This document shows positions 1-12,697 of a stretch of DNA of 64,000 bases, one piece after another. Made by a program: the position numbers and the translations under genes. The stretch spans positions 4,526,001-4,590,000 of the forward strand of contig CM120649.1 of the NCBI GenBank assembly GCA_051362555.1. Direction: 5' to 3'. How positions within the stretch are numbered: position 1 is the first letter of the stretch; each line of letters opens with the position of its first letter. The stretch comes from Lingula anatina (lineage: Eukaryota > Animalia > Brachiopoda). The notes under the pieces are model-generated. The model was not told the DNA's origin. It made no database searches and was given only the letters and a program-made list of their open reading frames with translations.

Positions 1-390
1 ATAGATAAAGACAAAAAAATATACCACTCAAAAGCAGCACAGCCTAGGGTTTTTGCTATTCTTTTTAAATAGTAGGTGGCGCGTGACAAGAAATTTGCAT
101 TAATCTGTATAATTCTGCCAGATTTCTCTGGTCGGGAATGCGAAACCTTGTATGGCCATGTAGGCCCCGAGATCCGGAACGAGAATTGTTCTCAGCGGGC
201 TAGTTCTCGGGTTGGGATAGCGAAACCTCCCTATTGACCGGTCGTCCTCGTTTTTTGGCGGTTATCACGTTGACAGTAGGTGAAACACTGCTTATTTCGG
301 TGTAAAACAAAGATGGCACTTGAAGCAGGTGGTAGAGAAAAAAAGACTCACCAGCTGTGAGACATACGTGGATAGGCGTGAGTACTGTTA

Positions 391-630
391 GGGCGCATTC
401 CCATAGATTTTAGATCGATCTATCCAGTGGGGAGTCTCACTAGATTACTGTCAGATAATCCGGCCGGATTCTACGGCACGCTACACCGGCATAAATGTCC
501 GTCCCGCCTACTACAAGCTGTAAGGGGGTAATTAACTGCCGTGCGCGGTCGGCTGACTGCAATTTAGCGTGAACCCCCAGGAAGTTAGGTCGATCTGGTA
601 AGATCGATCTAAATCTCTGGGAATGCCCTC
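391..630. mobile_element. MITE-like element with imperfect terminal inverted repeats
   Basis: gcattcccatagattttagatcgatctatccag near 395 is an imperfect reverse complement of ctggtaagatcgatctaaatctctgggaatgc near 595-626. Confidence 0.5.
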
Positions 631-826
631 TCAGACAACAGGGTCCGATAGTAGTGTGTTTTAAATTATTTTGCGTATATATACGATTTTAGATGCCCAT
701 GCTATCAGAAGGTATATGAGCCACCCCCACCCCCCCCCTTTCCGTTTTGTTACCATGTCCCGCTCCAAAGAGTCTACGGATTTTTTAACAGTAAAAATTT
801 GCTTTTAGCATGAATTTGTTTCAGAA

Positions 827-970
827 ATGGATCGTTGGGCAGGACGTGTTGCCTTGGTAACAGGAGCATCGAAAGGGATAGGAGAAGCCATTGCTCGAGC
901 TCTGGTTAAGAATGGTATGGTTGTGATTGGTTGTGCCAGACACGTGGAAGATATGCAAGTATGGATTTCC

Positions 971-1016
<46 letters not shown>

Positions 1017-1991
1017 TATGACGATAATAATATAGATAAGCAAACTGAATTGGATATCGGATATCGAATTGAATGACTGATAGGGCCTACTTTTTTGTCC
1101 TTGGGTGAAAAGATGCTTAAATACAGGTATCTGTATTCCAGAAAGCAGCCGCGGGACTTGAGGAGGAAAAGGGTCGTTTGATTCCAATGAAGTGCGATCT
1201 TACCAAAACGGAAGAGATCGAGTCCATGTTTCAAAAAATCAAGGAACAGTTGGGCGGTGTCGATGTTTGTGTTAACAACGCTGGTGTTAACTTCTGTCAG
1301 GATTGCAAGACAGGCTCTTTATCTGATACCAAGACAATGTTTGACGTAAGAGAACTCAACTGATATGTTTTCAGCATACTGTTGGTCGTATTTCTATTAG
1401 ATCCAGTACCCAGGTGAAAATAGACATTCTAGTTTCAAAAAAAATTATTCTGCTCATATCTGTTTGTTGAGTTCCAATTATCTACTTGAGTTTGTGCTTA
1501 TTTTGTTCTGTTTTTTACAGCTTCTTTTTAAAATATTTTTGTACTGTTAACCAAAGCACATTAAATGCCTCCGTCCAGTCATTGTATATCTTTGCATACC
1601 GAAAGTTAACAGGGCGTTTATTCCTTAAAAGGTGTTTGTCAACCGATGTGAGTCGTCAGTCTGACTAGGATATTAATAATTTGGAATGAGATTAATTATT
1701 GTACTCATTGATGGTATCATAGTATAGCCAAAATGTAAAATCATGTGGGTGGCGCGATGGATGGCCAATCCTAGCAAATTGGAAGCGCCTCATTTTTTTC
1801 TCGTTTCTTGAATTTAATATCTTCAAGTGAATCGGAGACGACTGATCGACGCAAATAGGTTTGATGCCTTTTTTCAGTTGAATGTTTTCGCTGCCATCAC
1901 CGTTTCCCAGATGACCATTCAGTCCATACAAGAAAGGAACATGGATGACGGGCACATTATCAACATCGGCAGGTAAGGTATACACCAGTTT

Positions 1992-2065
<74 letters not shown>

Positions 2066-2883
2066 ACTAATAGATGGGCTGATCAGGCCAGCAATTAGTT
2101 GGTTAAAACTCTAAAAGATTGCACCTCAAACACGATGAAACCATCAAAGCCACTAGCTATGATACCAAGGTTGATCAAGAAGGAATTTTAATTTGGCTCA
2201 TTGATGACAAAATGGAAAGTTTGGACAAACCCACCTCCAAGCAGTAGCAAAACAGGTGTAAAAGGGGCTTTATAATTTCAGTCGTCGTGTGTCGAAGAAG
2301 GTAGCACACAGAAAACGCTTTATAACATTTTTTGTTATATTAACTTTATGGTAACGTTTTAATAACGTTATTTGTTTGCTCGGTCATTGTATACTATTGT
2401 GATTATAATAATATGTCGTTATCCTTGCTGACGAGTGCATATATAATGTATTATGTATTTCATTCCATTGCAGTGTATGTGGAAACACTGTCCACGAAGG
2501 TACCACGTGCCACATGTATACCCTTACAAAGCAAGCGCTGCATGCTTTCATAGAGGGTCTACGGCACGAGCTGAGACAGCAGAAAACAAAAATACGGACA
2601 ACGGTATGAGAGAGAGAGAAAGAGAGAGAGAGTATAATTATTAGCTGCGGTAACAATTCAGACTAGAATTCTTTTATTCAATAGTAGATAAATAAGCAAG
2701 TACAAAGCAGAGTGCTACTGAAATTTGAATAGCAAGGGTCGTATATATATATATATATTACCCGGCCATAGATTGGCGGTTATATAATATGATTAATCTC
2801 TGAAGCATTATATACTTTTTTAATGCAGATTAACAAATAATAATGAAATAAGGATAAAAATAATGAAATGATAATGAAAATAA

Positions 2884-2922
<39 letters not shown>

Positions 2923-4109
2923 ATAGAATTAGACAAGCACAAACCAGCCTAAATGAAGTACTAAAGATTACCTCAATGTAGACCAGTATAATCATTCTGT
3001 TATTAGAATACATGCATCATGCTTTATCACTAGGTCCTGAGCCCTGCCTTGGTCGACACACCGCTTGCAAGGGGAGTGCTTGATGACAGCTTCTTTTGCC
3101 CGGAAAATGTAAGCTACAATAATTGCTTGCGGCTTAATCTTCAACTGTTTTGGACCTGTTGTAGTCTGTGGCCAGTTTATACTAGGTCTGTGATACGTTA
3201 CATTTACCTCTTATACGTGTATAAACCAAAAGCTTTATTTTATCTACTCAGCCTATACGTCAAGTCAAGTCTTTACAGGTTATTTGAGGTATGGAGGGTA
3301 GTTTTAATAAACTGATGTTATTTTAAAAGTAGATTCATATAACTTGAAATGGAATGTTAGTACATTTAAACATTTTTGTATTAGATGAAATAATATTTCC
3401 ATGGAAAAGTGTTTCAATACTTACATGGTTCTAATAAACGAATACGCACTTCTGTATCAGCTAACATGATTAATTATTAAGTGATCTATGACAGCATTTA
3501 GGTCCACACATCGAACTAACTGGAATGATCCAGCTCTGCTGGGGATTTTCTTGGCTTAATTGTCTGATACGCATCCTCGAGCAGCTGGGGAGTAATTAGA
3601 TATCGCGTGCTGATAAAGCTGGTTATACTGATTACACTTTAGCAAAAATTCCCCACAGAAGTGGACTGACCCAGCTCTTACGATGTGTGAATCTAAATGC
3701 ACCCTATTTTTTTTCATGTAATACCATTTAACGCTAGAGTCTTCAACCGGACGATGTCGCTGCCGCCGTGACCTTTGCCCTCAGTGCCCCGCCATGTGTT
3801 AACGTAAAAATAATTTTCACTTACTTTTGCACGTATGTAAAACTTACATAAAAATCAATCAGAAGCGAGGGCAGCAAAGTTAAGACCACTGTTGGTAATA
3901 ATTATGGACATACTATAGAGACAGAACAAAATGACCTCCAAGGGCATATTGAAATTCTTTATTTCTAAAAAAGTATCCTGTCAAAATTTTCCTTCATAAA
4001 AGTCGGATGTGGGAGTGTATTTTCCGCCTTTCTGCATTTATTCGTCTATTTTATCCTTATTTTTCAGGTCCGCCAGATTTGCCTCCACGCCATCCACGAC
4101 ACCTTGTAA
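827..4109 (+). CDS. DHRS11: Dehydrogenase/reductase SDR family member 11-like, 7 coding exons, 247 aa
   Basis: Exons 827-958, 1142-1345, 1878-1972, 2474-2603, 3034-3108, 3738-3803, 4068-4109, all GT-AG and joining in frame (744 nt). Motifs: MDRWAGRVALVTGASKGIG (TGxxxGIG), GCAR, GGVDVCVNNAG, DDGHIINIGS, catalytic YTLTK, LQPDDVAAAVTFAL. AATAAA at 4198-4203. Confidence 0.93.
971..1016. repeat. (AAT)n microsatellite in an intron of the SDR gene
   Basis: Direct reading; it produces the poly-N/I/Y ORFs in the ORF track. Confidence 0.95.
1996..2065. repeat. Compound (CT)n(AT)n(T)n microsatellite
   Basis: Direct reading, intron after the third coding exon of the SDR gene. Confidence 0.9.
3494..3700. 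mobile_element. Decayed palindromic MITE-like element
   Basis: Ends gcatttaggtccacacatcg / cgatgtgtgaatctaaatgc are imperfect inverted repeats, with further internal inverted similarity. Confidence 0.5.
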
Positions 4110-6597
4110 GTCCGGGACAACTGTCGCCTTTGTACGTCTGCCAAGTTCACGCCTTTTAAAATAATCAAATCCAGTTTTATTCTCCAGAATATAACACAAT
4201 AAAGCTTCAAAGCCGACAATGAAGAATTTAAAGGTATTTCCACACGTATTGGCCTATGGGTCCAAAGGTTAATGTAGTGGTATTCACCAAATTTTTGCCG
4301 TAGTTCTGCGATTAACTGTTGTAATAATTATAATTATAACAAGCATATCTCAAAAAGTTTTATTTACACCTACTAATAATTAAAACAAGGTAGAAGAAAT
4401 GTTGACTAATGCATATTGTACCTGTCAAGATTCTTTATTTTTCCATAAATTAAAGAAAAAAAATCATGTCAGGGTAACGCTTGTCAGTGCTTTTTTATTC
4501 TTTTTATATCCTTCTTTTTATATCTTTTCATTTTTTTATCAAGAAAATATAATTGCTACATGTGTGATATTTCAACAGAACATCATTGATAAATAATCAA
4601 TAAATTTCAACATTTTTTTTTACCGGTAAATGCATGACTTATCTCGAATCTCTGTACCCAGTACTGTACATATAGATTGAGATCTTTGCATTATACATCT
4701 GCCGGTAGGCTACATATAATAAATACGAAAGTGAAAACATATTGAGAACCATACGTTCTGTTAACTGTTATTCTAAGACAGCACGGGCTATATCAATGCC
4801 TGTAGCCCATTATTCTACATTACATGTATATATATATGTTATTAGATATATTACATTCATCATCTGACAAAAATATAAATCGGTTTGATGAGATACATAG
4901 ATTAAGGGCTTACAACCCTTATAATTTTATGGAGACTGCCATAACAACCCATCGGAGGAGGGGGGGGGCATGTACAGTAGGCTCAGGGCCCCAAAATGTT
5001 TCATCATTTTAAATGATGTATCAACTACAGTTTACTAGGACAGCCTCCATTGCTGACTCGTGCGTAATACTTCTCAAATTATTCATACATCTTTAATAGC
5101 TGGAACATACTCGCACATGCAGTTGTAGTCTAAGCCTAAGTTGTTATTCATGTATTCTGTATAGTGAACAAAGAAATAGCCACTATATTTGGCTGCGTTA
5201 CTTCCTAAATTCTTCTCATAGCTTTAACTTAACTTTAGACGTTAAACAATCAATCGATAATGATAATGATATAAAAATAAAAACCCCGAGGAAAATTTTG
5301 TCGGGGGTCTCTACTCGACGCATCGATCCTTTTTCATGTTCTACTTAATTGGTTCTCTGATTCCATAGAAACTTTGTGAACAAGCAGCCATGTCTGGTAT
5401 GTCCATGTTGAAGCTCAGGACTGCATTGAATTCTACGTGATGACAATATCAACCACATTTGATTTTTTTTTCAGTTATTTAAGCTCTATTTCTCAATAGC
5501 TCGATGTTAATACATTTGCGGCATCCTATTATATTTTACTACTTGGCTGAAAAATCGTCCACCCTTATGGGTGAGAATACTTTATTTCACAAATACCATC
5601 TTTCACAAATCATATGTAAACTTAATTGAAATCAGTACTAGGAATTATTCACAGAGAATCCTCAAATGTTTAGGCATAAATGTAGTTTTACCTAAATATC
5701 TAATTCAGTTTGTTAATATCTACCATCTCTAATGCTAGCGCACGCCTTTAAGCATCACGCGCACAATGCGAAACACAAGTGTTTAAAGCAACCAAATTTT
5801 TTTATGGTTGATTAAAAATATATGACCACTATAACTGCTGTAAAATTGTATTGCCTCCCACTTTTCAGCTACTAAAAGATCAACTAGTTGACCATCAATC
5901 TTAATATTTTTGGTGGCGAAAAAATTGGAAAAATATGCAATACAAAGTGTAAAATAAGATTACTAAATTAGCCCTTTTTGGTGTTGACTACAGGGTTTGT
6001 ATAGCTTTGTTGACAAGCAGCCATAAAAAAGTATCATTTTTAATCCTCTGCCATTTTATCTGACATCCATTTCTCTGATATCTACGGACTATAATCCACA
6101 TCTCTATTGTCCGCCTTCAGTGTAATAAAAATGAAAACTCGTTGTTAAAGTCACTTTAGCACCTCCATGGTGCGAGCCCTAAATCAGCTGCCGCTCAACT
6201 CCTCACATTTCCATCATTTCTCAGATCTACCTTGATTCATTTGCCTACCTATCGTCTTTTTTTTTTTGTAATGATAGTAACTTGCTATTATAATTAATAA
6301 ATGTAACACCTCAAGACCTCCTGAGGTCCACGGCTGGACAACGACTGCCGTTCATGCCTCCATCTTCACTTACCCATCTTTTATTTCATCTAACCTACTT
6401 TAAATCACACCTCCATCGTTTCTTACATATATCTTATCCATTTGTCTATCGGTCGTCTGCTGTGTAAAGATAGTAACTCACTTTCACAGTTAAAAACGCC
6501 TCCATCCTCAAATCTTTTCTTACGCCGTGGCTATACTTTGAATCACACGTTGATCTTTCGTCTTCCGTGCAAAGACAGTGAGTAACTCGCTGATATA

Positions 6598-8257
6598 CAG
6601 ACTTGACATTTAATATGGAATATTTTTTTCCAAGTAATTTTTTATCGGTTTTTTCCTATTTTGCTGACTGATAAATGAAAATAAGGATTACAGTCGTGTT
6701 TTAATAACTTTAAATTATCTCTTTGATGTCACTGTGACATCAATTCATAAATGGAATTCGCCAGAGAAGAAAACAAAAACACATTGCCTATTCTATGTCA
6801 TACGTTTTCCATTAAAAGAGGTATTTTGGATCTCCATATTTTCCAAATTATCGTCTGTAAAAGAGTTATACGCTCCACAAAAGACCCTCATGTCAGGTGC
6901 TAGTCATAGTATTGGTCGCTGTTACGCCTGGCCTCTTCTGGCTGTTGCCAGCGCTCTCAAGCGGCAAGGCATTCCTTGGGGTAGGTTTTTGAGTTCAATC
7001 TGGAATAACATTCCGGGCATCGGTCTAAAATTGTCCAATTTGGTCCAGTTTTATTGTAGGACATGTAGGCAGTTGATTCGGCGAGTAATGGCCTACCGAA
7101 ATATTGTCTATGTGGCTCAAATGTGGCGATTTTAATGACCAGGGCAGCTGCTCATTCCCGTGGTTCTGTAAGTTATCTGCTATTAAAAGTGCTCTGTGTG
7201 AACCGGCAACCTCACCGTGCAACCTAAAATTGTTCCTAAGGTGTCCCCTATCAAATGATAGTCAAGTGGTTCCGAGATTATACCTTAATTTGATTTGGTT
7301 CAGGTTTTCGTCGATGACTACCATTGGTGTTTTGGCACCAATGTGGTATCCACTCCAAATACTGACGCTGTCAATCACCCTTGTCACTTTAGACCCGGCA
7401 TATGCTTCGTCGTAGGCCTTTTCTGGATATCTGTAAACTCTGTTTTGACTAATTGGGCGGTACAGGTGAAATCTGACCTCAATAAAGAAAGCCACGCTGT
7501 TTCAGTGTTCTACCAAGAAACGATTATGGCCTCCAATTAATTAGAGAAACAGACGACGATGTTTTGCTGTTTACAGTGGGTGCCTCGGAGGTCGTTTGGT
7601 GTTCTTACCTGCTAAAACCAGTTTGGTGTTCGCTAAGGGCTTTGAAAAACGCATTTTGATGGCAATTTACCCCTCGTTCTGAACGGACTAAGTGTTATTT
7701 GTTTAGTTGCAGCAGCGTATCCCGAAAGACAGTGGGCCCTGTACCCTGTAGGTAAGATTTTGATACATTGGGGGTGACATCTGTGTAGGTACATCAGTCT
7801 GGGCATTACTCTATAAAACTGTGGGGACTGTTCCGTTTGGCGCTATGATCTGTCTGGTAATGTCTGTCTGTTTCGCGCCATTCTGCCATAGATTAATAAA
7901 TTTTAAATGCACTACTTGACTCATCTTACGCACTGCAAAACCGACCGCTTGCATGCAAAATTTCAAATTCTTCTATGCAGTAGTTGCCGACATATGGATA
8001 CTTTTTTGACAGAACCAAGCTTTGCCTAAGCCAAGCTTTGACCAGCCCAAAGGAACACTACCCAATTAAATCACTGCATATTACATAATGTGGCAGCGCA
8101 ATGGACATGAAAGTCAGTTAATTGGTAGCGACACACCTGACTTCACACGTCTCCATTCACAAATCTTATATGAGATCGGAGTTTTTTGAAAAAAGAACGC
8201 ATTTTTGCCTAGGCATACCTTCGAAACTAAAATATTCCATATTAAATGTCAAGTCTG
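6598..8257 (-). mobile_element. Tc1/mariner DNA transposon, about 1.66 kb, decayed transposase
   Basis: Perfect TIR cagacttgacatttaatatggaatattt at both ends with TA flanks (6596-97, 8258-59). Minus-strand fragments VSIWSGYHIGAKTPMVVIDENLN and ADNLQNH...LPWSLKSPHLSHIDNI resemble Tc1 motifs (VMVWG...LVxIDGNLN; QDNAxxH...WPxxSPDLNPIEN). Stops and frameshifts present. Confidence 0.9.
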
Positions 8258-8520
8258 TAGTTACTAACACCGTATAAATAGGGGTCGACGGCTCGGTAAC
8301 AACTGGGCGTCGTTCCAACCACCATCTTCATCCTTTCATCGATGCCTAAAGCATCCACTTCTTGCCTTTTTGCCAGCAATAGGCAATAATGACGTTTGTA
8401 ATAAATACATTGGTTTAAATACCCTACATTAAATGTTAATACATCGGTTTAAATACATGCGCCCTACGTTTAAAGCTAAATGGTTTAGTGTCTGTATATA
8501 AAGCTCAGCTGGTACAATGA

Positions 8521-8691
8521 CAGGTCCGTAGCCAGGGGGGGGGTTTCGGGGGGTTCAAAAGAACCGCCCCTTTTGCTGGGAAAAGGTCCACTCTGGGTAA
8601 AATTTGATCTAGGTACATGAAGTTTTTATGGGAAAGGGTCCACTTTTTCAGAAAAAGAACCCCCCTTTTGAAATTGCTGGCTACGGGCCTG
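8521..8691. mobile_element. 171-bp MITE with CAGG termini and 5-bp target-site duplication
   Basis: TIR caggtccgtagccag / ctggctacgggcctg; AATGA directly flanks both ends (8516-8520, 8692-8696). Confidence 0.75.
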
Positions 8692-8905
8692 AATGAACAT
8701 GCAACCTAAATTTTCTGCAAAGTTTTAGAAAGACTTCGAATGTGCAAATCAATTGTAACACTATGCGTCAGCGGAGTAACTTAATGTTGAATAAAATACT
8801 TATAAACAATTTATTTTAGAGTAATCTATTTATGGAACCCCATGAAAAATGAAATTAAATAAAATAAATTAGCATGCTGTTGCTGACTGTAAAATTTATG
8901 GTATT

Positions 8906-10681
8906 CTACTCCTGCTCGGCCTTTCTCTTGCTGCTCTTGCCGTTCCCCTTTCCTTTCCCGCCGCTGGCCAATTCTTGTTGCAGCACCAGATCTTCCATAA
9001 TTAACTCTTGCAGTTTCTGCTCGCTCCAGGCGTCCCAGACCTCAACATCCCCGTAGTTAACCTCGGTGCTGCCTGCAGCCCCACTTCCTGACAGAGCAGC
9101 GGTGATGACATCTTTGGAGAGCACGGACTCTGAACTTAAAGAAGGATTGAGCTCAGCGACTGGCAGCAGACCTGAGGGCTCGGCGGTCTCTCCGTCTGGC
9201 TCGGGGAACTTGGTGTTGATGTCCAGGATCTTAACCGGCTTCTTCTTCTTTTCCTTCTTCTCCTTCTTTGGTTTAGGGACATAGGTCTTCCCCTTTTTCT
9301 CCATCTTGGCTTTTTTCTCCTCCTCTTTCTTTTTCTCCTTCTCCTCTTCCTTCCTTTCCTTCTCCTTTTCTTTTTCTTCTTTCTTTTGCTGTTTCTCCTT
9401 TTGTATTTCTACCTTTCTTTGGACGAGCACTCTGTCCACTAAATCGCCTCTAACCTTCCCATCTACTGGGCAGTCATCCGGAGGACAACATTTGTCGAAC
9501 AGGTTTACAGGTCTTGGTTCCGGCCCCGGATTGGCTGGGGTGGGATAGACGCCGGGGTCTGGCTGAAATAGATGATTTTCATATCAATTTACTTCGAAGT
9601 AATAGATAAATTTTAATTGTGAATTAATGATTGTGAGTTAATGGGGAATCTCACTTTGAATAAAGATCAAACAACTCACCTGCAGAAAGCAGCAACAGAA
9701 AACGGCGAGGAATGCCCGCCATCTTGAGACCTCCTTGGGTATCTCTTCCACCCTTTCTTCATCCTGCTTTGTTTCATATCTTTCTTGGGCCTCTCTCAGT
9801 CTTGCTTTAGTCTTTCCCAGACTATTCTCTTCTTCCACAGAGGAAGCCGATTCGGCCCTTTTGGTGAAATAAAAAAGAAGTTAATTTGGAAATTAAATGT
9901 ATTTTACATTATGATATAGATATCAGCTGTGACGGAGATAACTAAATCAAATCACCGAACTGAATTTATTACGTCGATCAGGAGACAAAATTTTAAAAAG
10001 GTCAGTTAAAACAAAACTGCAAAAAAACGGTGCACTCAAATGAAAACAGTGCTAAATAAGCTAATTATTTCAAATTTTCACAGAAATGTTTAGCAGAAAA
10101 AATTTAAACAAGCAAATGATGTATTGATTCGGAAACATACCGCTCTGGTGTGGGAGTACGCTCACTGGCAAGACTTTCTTCGCTGCTCTTATTCGAGTTA
10201 TTTGTCTTTATAATAAAAAAAAACATGGGGAAAACAAAGTATGATTTCGATATTGGTTTTAGATATTATACTTCAAAATATTTATTTTTGTTTAATTATG
10301 CTCAGTTTAAAAACTCTTCGTATTTTGCATAATTGTTGGCTTTCGACAGACTTTCATTGTTATGGCGTCTTTACTAACGCATGCTACTTGAAGAAGGGTT
10401 ACATAAAGAAGCAAAGCAGTTTATTTAAGCTAAAGATATACATACTGTAAAACTGTACCGACCATAAATATAAAAGCAAAGGCACATATTATATAACGTA
10501 CCTCAATTGGACCCCTTGGAACCCCATATTCCGGCTCTTCAGCTCGAGCGGATTTGGGGGATGGAGCGACCCTTCTGCTACGACGGCGTATGCGAAATGC
10601 GCTTGCCACTCGAGACGCTACATTTCGAACACGTTTACGGGCGCGACTTAATCTACCTTCTTTTACTTCGGATTCTTCCAT
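8906..10681 (-). CDS. Uncharacterised 359-aa highly charged, low-complexity protein, 4 coding exons
   Basis: Exons 10681-10502, 10205-10141, 9857-9680, 9562-8906 have GT-AG boundaries with compatible phases (0, 2, 0) and total 1080 nt with no stop. Arg-rich N-terminus, RWRAFLAVFCCCFLQ motif, Pro/Cys linker, K/E-rich coiled-coil-like tract. AATAAA on the minus strand near 8810. Confidence 0.8.
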
Positions 10682-10795
10682 TAAATCAAAATAACTTAAT
10701 CAAAACTCACGGTTTCATAAATTACGAACATCGCCATAGGCTTGGATATTGTAACTAACGTTACGGGAGTGATGCCGTTACGTGGTTGCCACTTA

Positions 10796-10803
10796 TGACG
10801 TCA
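10796..10803. promoter_or_regulatory. Palindromic CRE motif TGACGTCA about 115 bp upstream of the orphan gene ATG
   Basis: Exact CRE consensus at a proximal-promoter position; function not demonstrated. Confidence 0.35.
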
Positions 10804-10885
10804 TAGAAAGCGAAATGGAAATGCAACAAAGAAGTAACGTCTGCCCATTACGTTTAACAACGACTTATTTTAAAAGAACCAAACC

Positions 10886-10889
<4 letters not shown>

Positions 10890-10951
<62 letters not shown>
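10890..10951. repeat. (AT)n microsatellite
   Basis: Direct reading. Confidence 0.95.
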
Positions 10952-10954
<3 letters not shown>

Positions 10955-11328
10955 GTTTTCAAGACCCGTTTATTTATTTATTTGATTGCTTATTCACGTT
11001 TTATTTGTCAGTTATTGGCCAGTTTAACAACCAATATATTTTTTATTGCGTAATTATATTTGATAAGTATGTTATATCAACGAGTTCCAACAATGTATGT
11101 TTTTATCAAACCCCTACCAAATATTTGAAGTACTTGTGCAAGTTTTTGCTTTTTTTTATTTGATATTATGTTTCTTTACATCGCTACTGTTATCAATTAA
11201 TGAGAGGTGATAAGAAAAAGGCAAAGTTAAAGGCCCGATGCGTGTCAGTTGCTTTACTGTCCAACCGTCATTTGTACCTGCTCATTAGACGGTCATTCAG
11301 CTAAAAGGTAGACGAAAGCTAACCGCGG

Positions 11329-11359
<31 letters not shown>

Positions 11360-11813
11360 GGGGGGGGGGGGGGTCCGAATTCTGCGTGGGTCCCTAGAAG
11401 GCTTGTGGCGTACTTCATGGATTAGGTCACAACGATTTACAAGCAAGTTTAAACGTCGTTGGACGTGACCGGTTCTGTGAGGTGTATAGCAAACTGTAGA
11501 TGTACTTTTACAGACAGACTGGAACTGACTTCACGTTTATCCGAAGAGCCGCGCGTTATATTTCATTTTCAACAACATACCCTTCGAAATATTTCTCTGC
11601 ATTTCAATTGTATAATAGCTTTTACATGTATGAAAGCAACAATTTATTATACTAGTAGATAAACAGTGCAACAAATAACTCTTGCTATTAAGCCGGATAA
11701 ATTTATTTATTTTGGAATATATTAAATAGATCAAATATCTTTCCAAAAATTTCTTGGAGAAAACCTATCCATAACCAATCATATTTACTTCTCCTGAGTA
11801 GACTCGTTTGAGT

Positions 11814-11965
11814 TGTGTTAGGAGAGACAAGTGCGATGTGTTAGGTGAGACAAGTGCGATGTGTGAGGTGAGACAAGTGCAATGCGTTAGGTGAGACAAG
11901 TGCAATCCGTTAGCAGTGAGACACTAGTGATGTGTTAGGTAAGACAAGTGCAATGTGTAAGGTGT
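11814..11965. repeat. Minisatellite, about 23-bp unit (gtgagacaagtgcgatgtgttag), about 6 copies
   Basis: Head-to-tail degenerate copies with no unique spacers. Confidence 0.85.
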
Positions 11966-12697
11966 TTGTGCGAGTGCATACGTACTGCACAAATTACCCG
12001 AGAAATCGTTTATCACCTCAACGATTACAAACACCGATCAGTGTATTATCAGGGTATAAACTGAAACATCAGATATTTGGTAAAATCTTTCTATTAACAA
12101 ACAGAATTAAAAGATCATCCGTGCATTAGTATTTGCTTAATTAATCTCTTTCACATTCAAGTCCTATTTCCAAGCTTAAATCTCACTTTCAAGTGTGCTC
12201 ATTGTAAGTAAACACTATGTTCTAAAAAGTCTCAATAAATATGAATCAGTATTTAATAGTACATGTATATGAATTAAATCTTAAAATCTGAATACAGAAG
12301 GCAAAATGATTTGTCTCTAAAACTGTCCACCTACATGTACAAGTATATAGTTTTTTTTAGAAAAAAATAATAACAGTAGTATCCTATCTGTGGTACATAA
12401 GTATGTACTGTAAAATAAAGCTATCCTGCCACTGGTATTAATGCTATTTCAATACAATCCTTCACAACATTAAGTCACTGGTATAACTAATTGTAACAAG
12501 AGCAATGAAGTAAAGAACCAGATGAATGAATGAATTCACCAAGCAATCAACCAATAAATATCTATCAAAAATGTACAATCTGTAAAAAAATATCAGTGTA
12601 CAGGACTAGCGTTTTGAATCTCATTTTGTCATCAGAATTGCAGGTATATGCAAAACCAAAGTTCAGCGGCAATATGTGACCTTGCTACAAGTTCATC

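Noticed and set aside
821-1234. ORFs with poly-Asn, poly-Ile and poly-Tyr runs
   Set aside because: Read-through of the intronic (AAT)n microsatellite; the real exon ends at 958.
8874-9548. Plus-strand Phe/Ser-rich hydrophobic ORFs
   Set aside because: Antisense of the K/E-rich exon of the minus-strand gene.
11814-11965. Regularly spaced 23-bp repeats as a possible CRISPR array
   Set aside because: No unique spacers, degenerate units, eukaryotic context and no cas genes.
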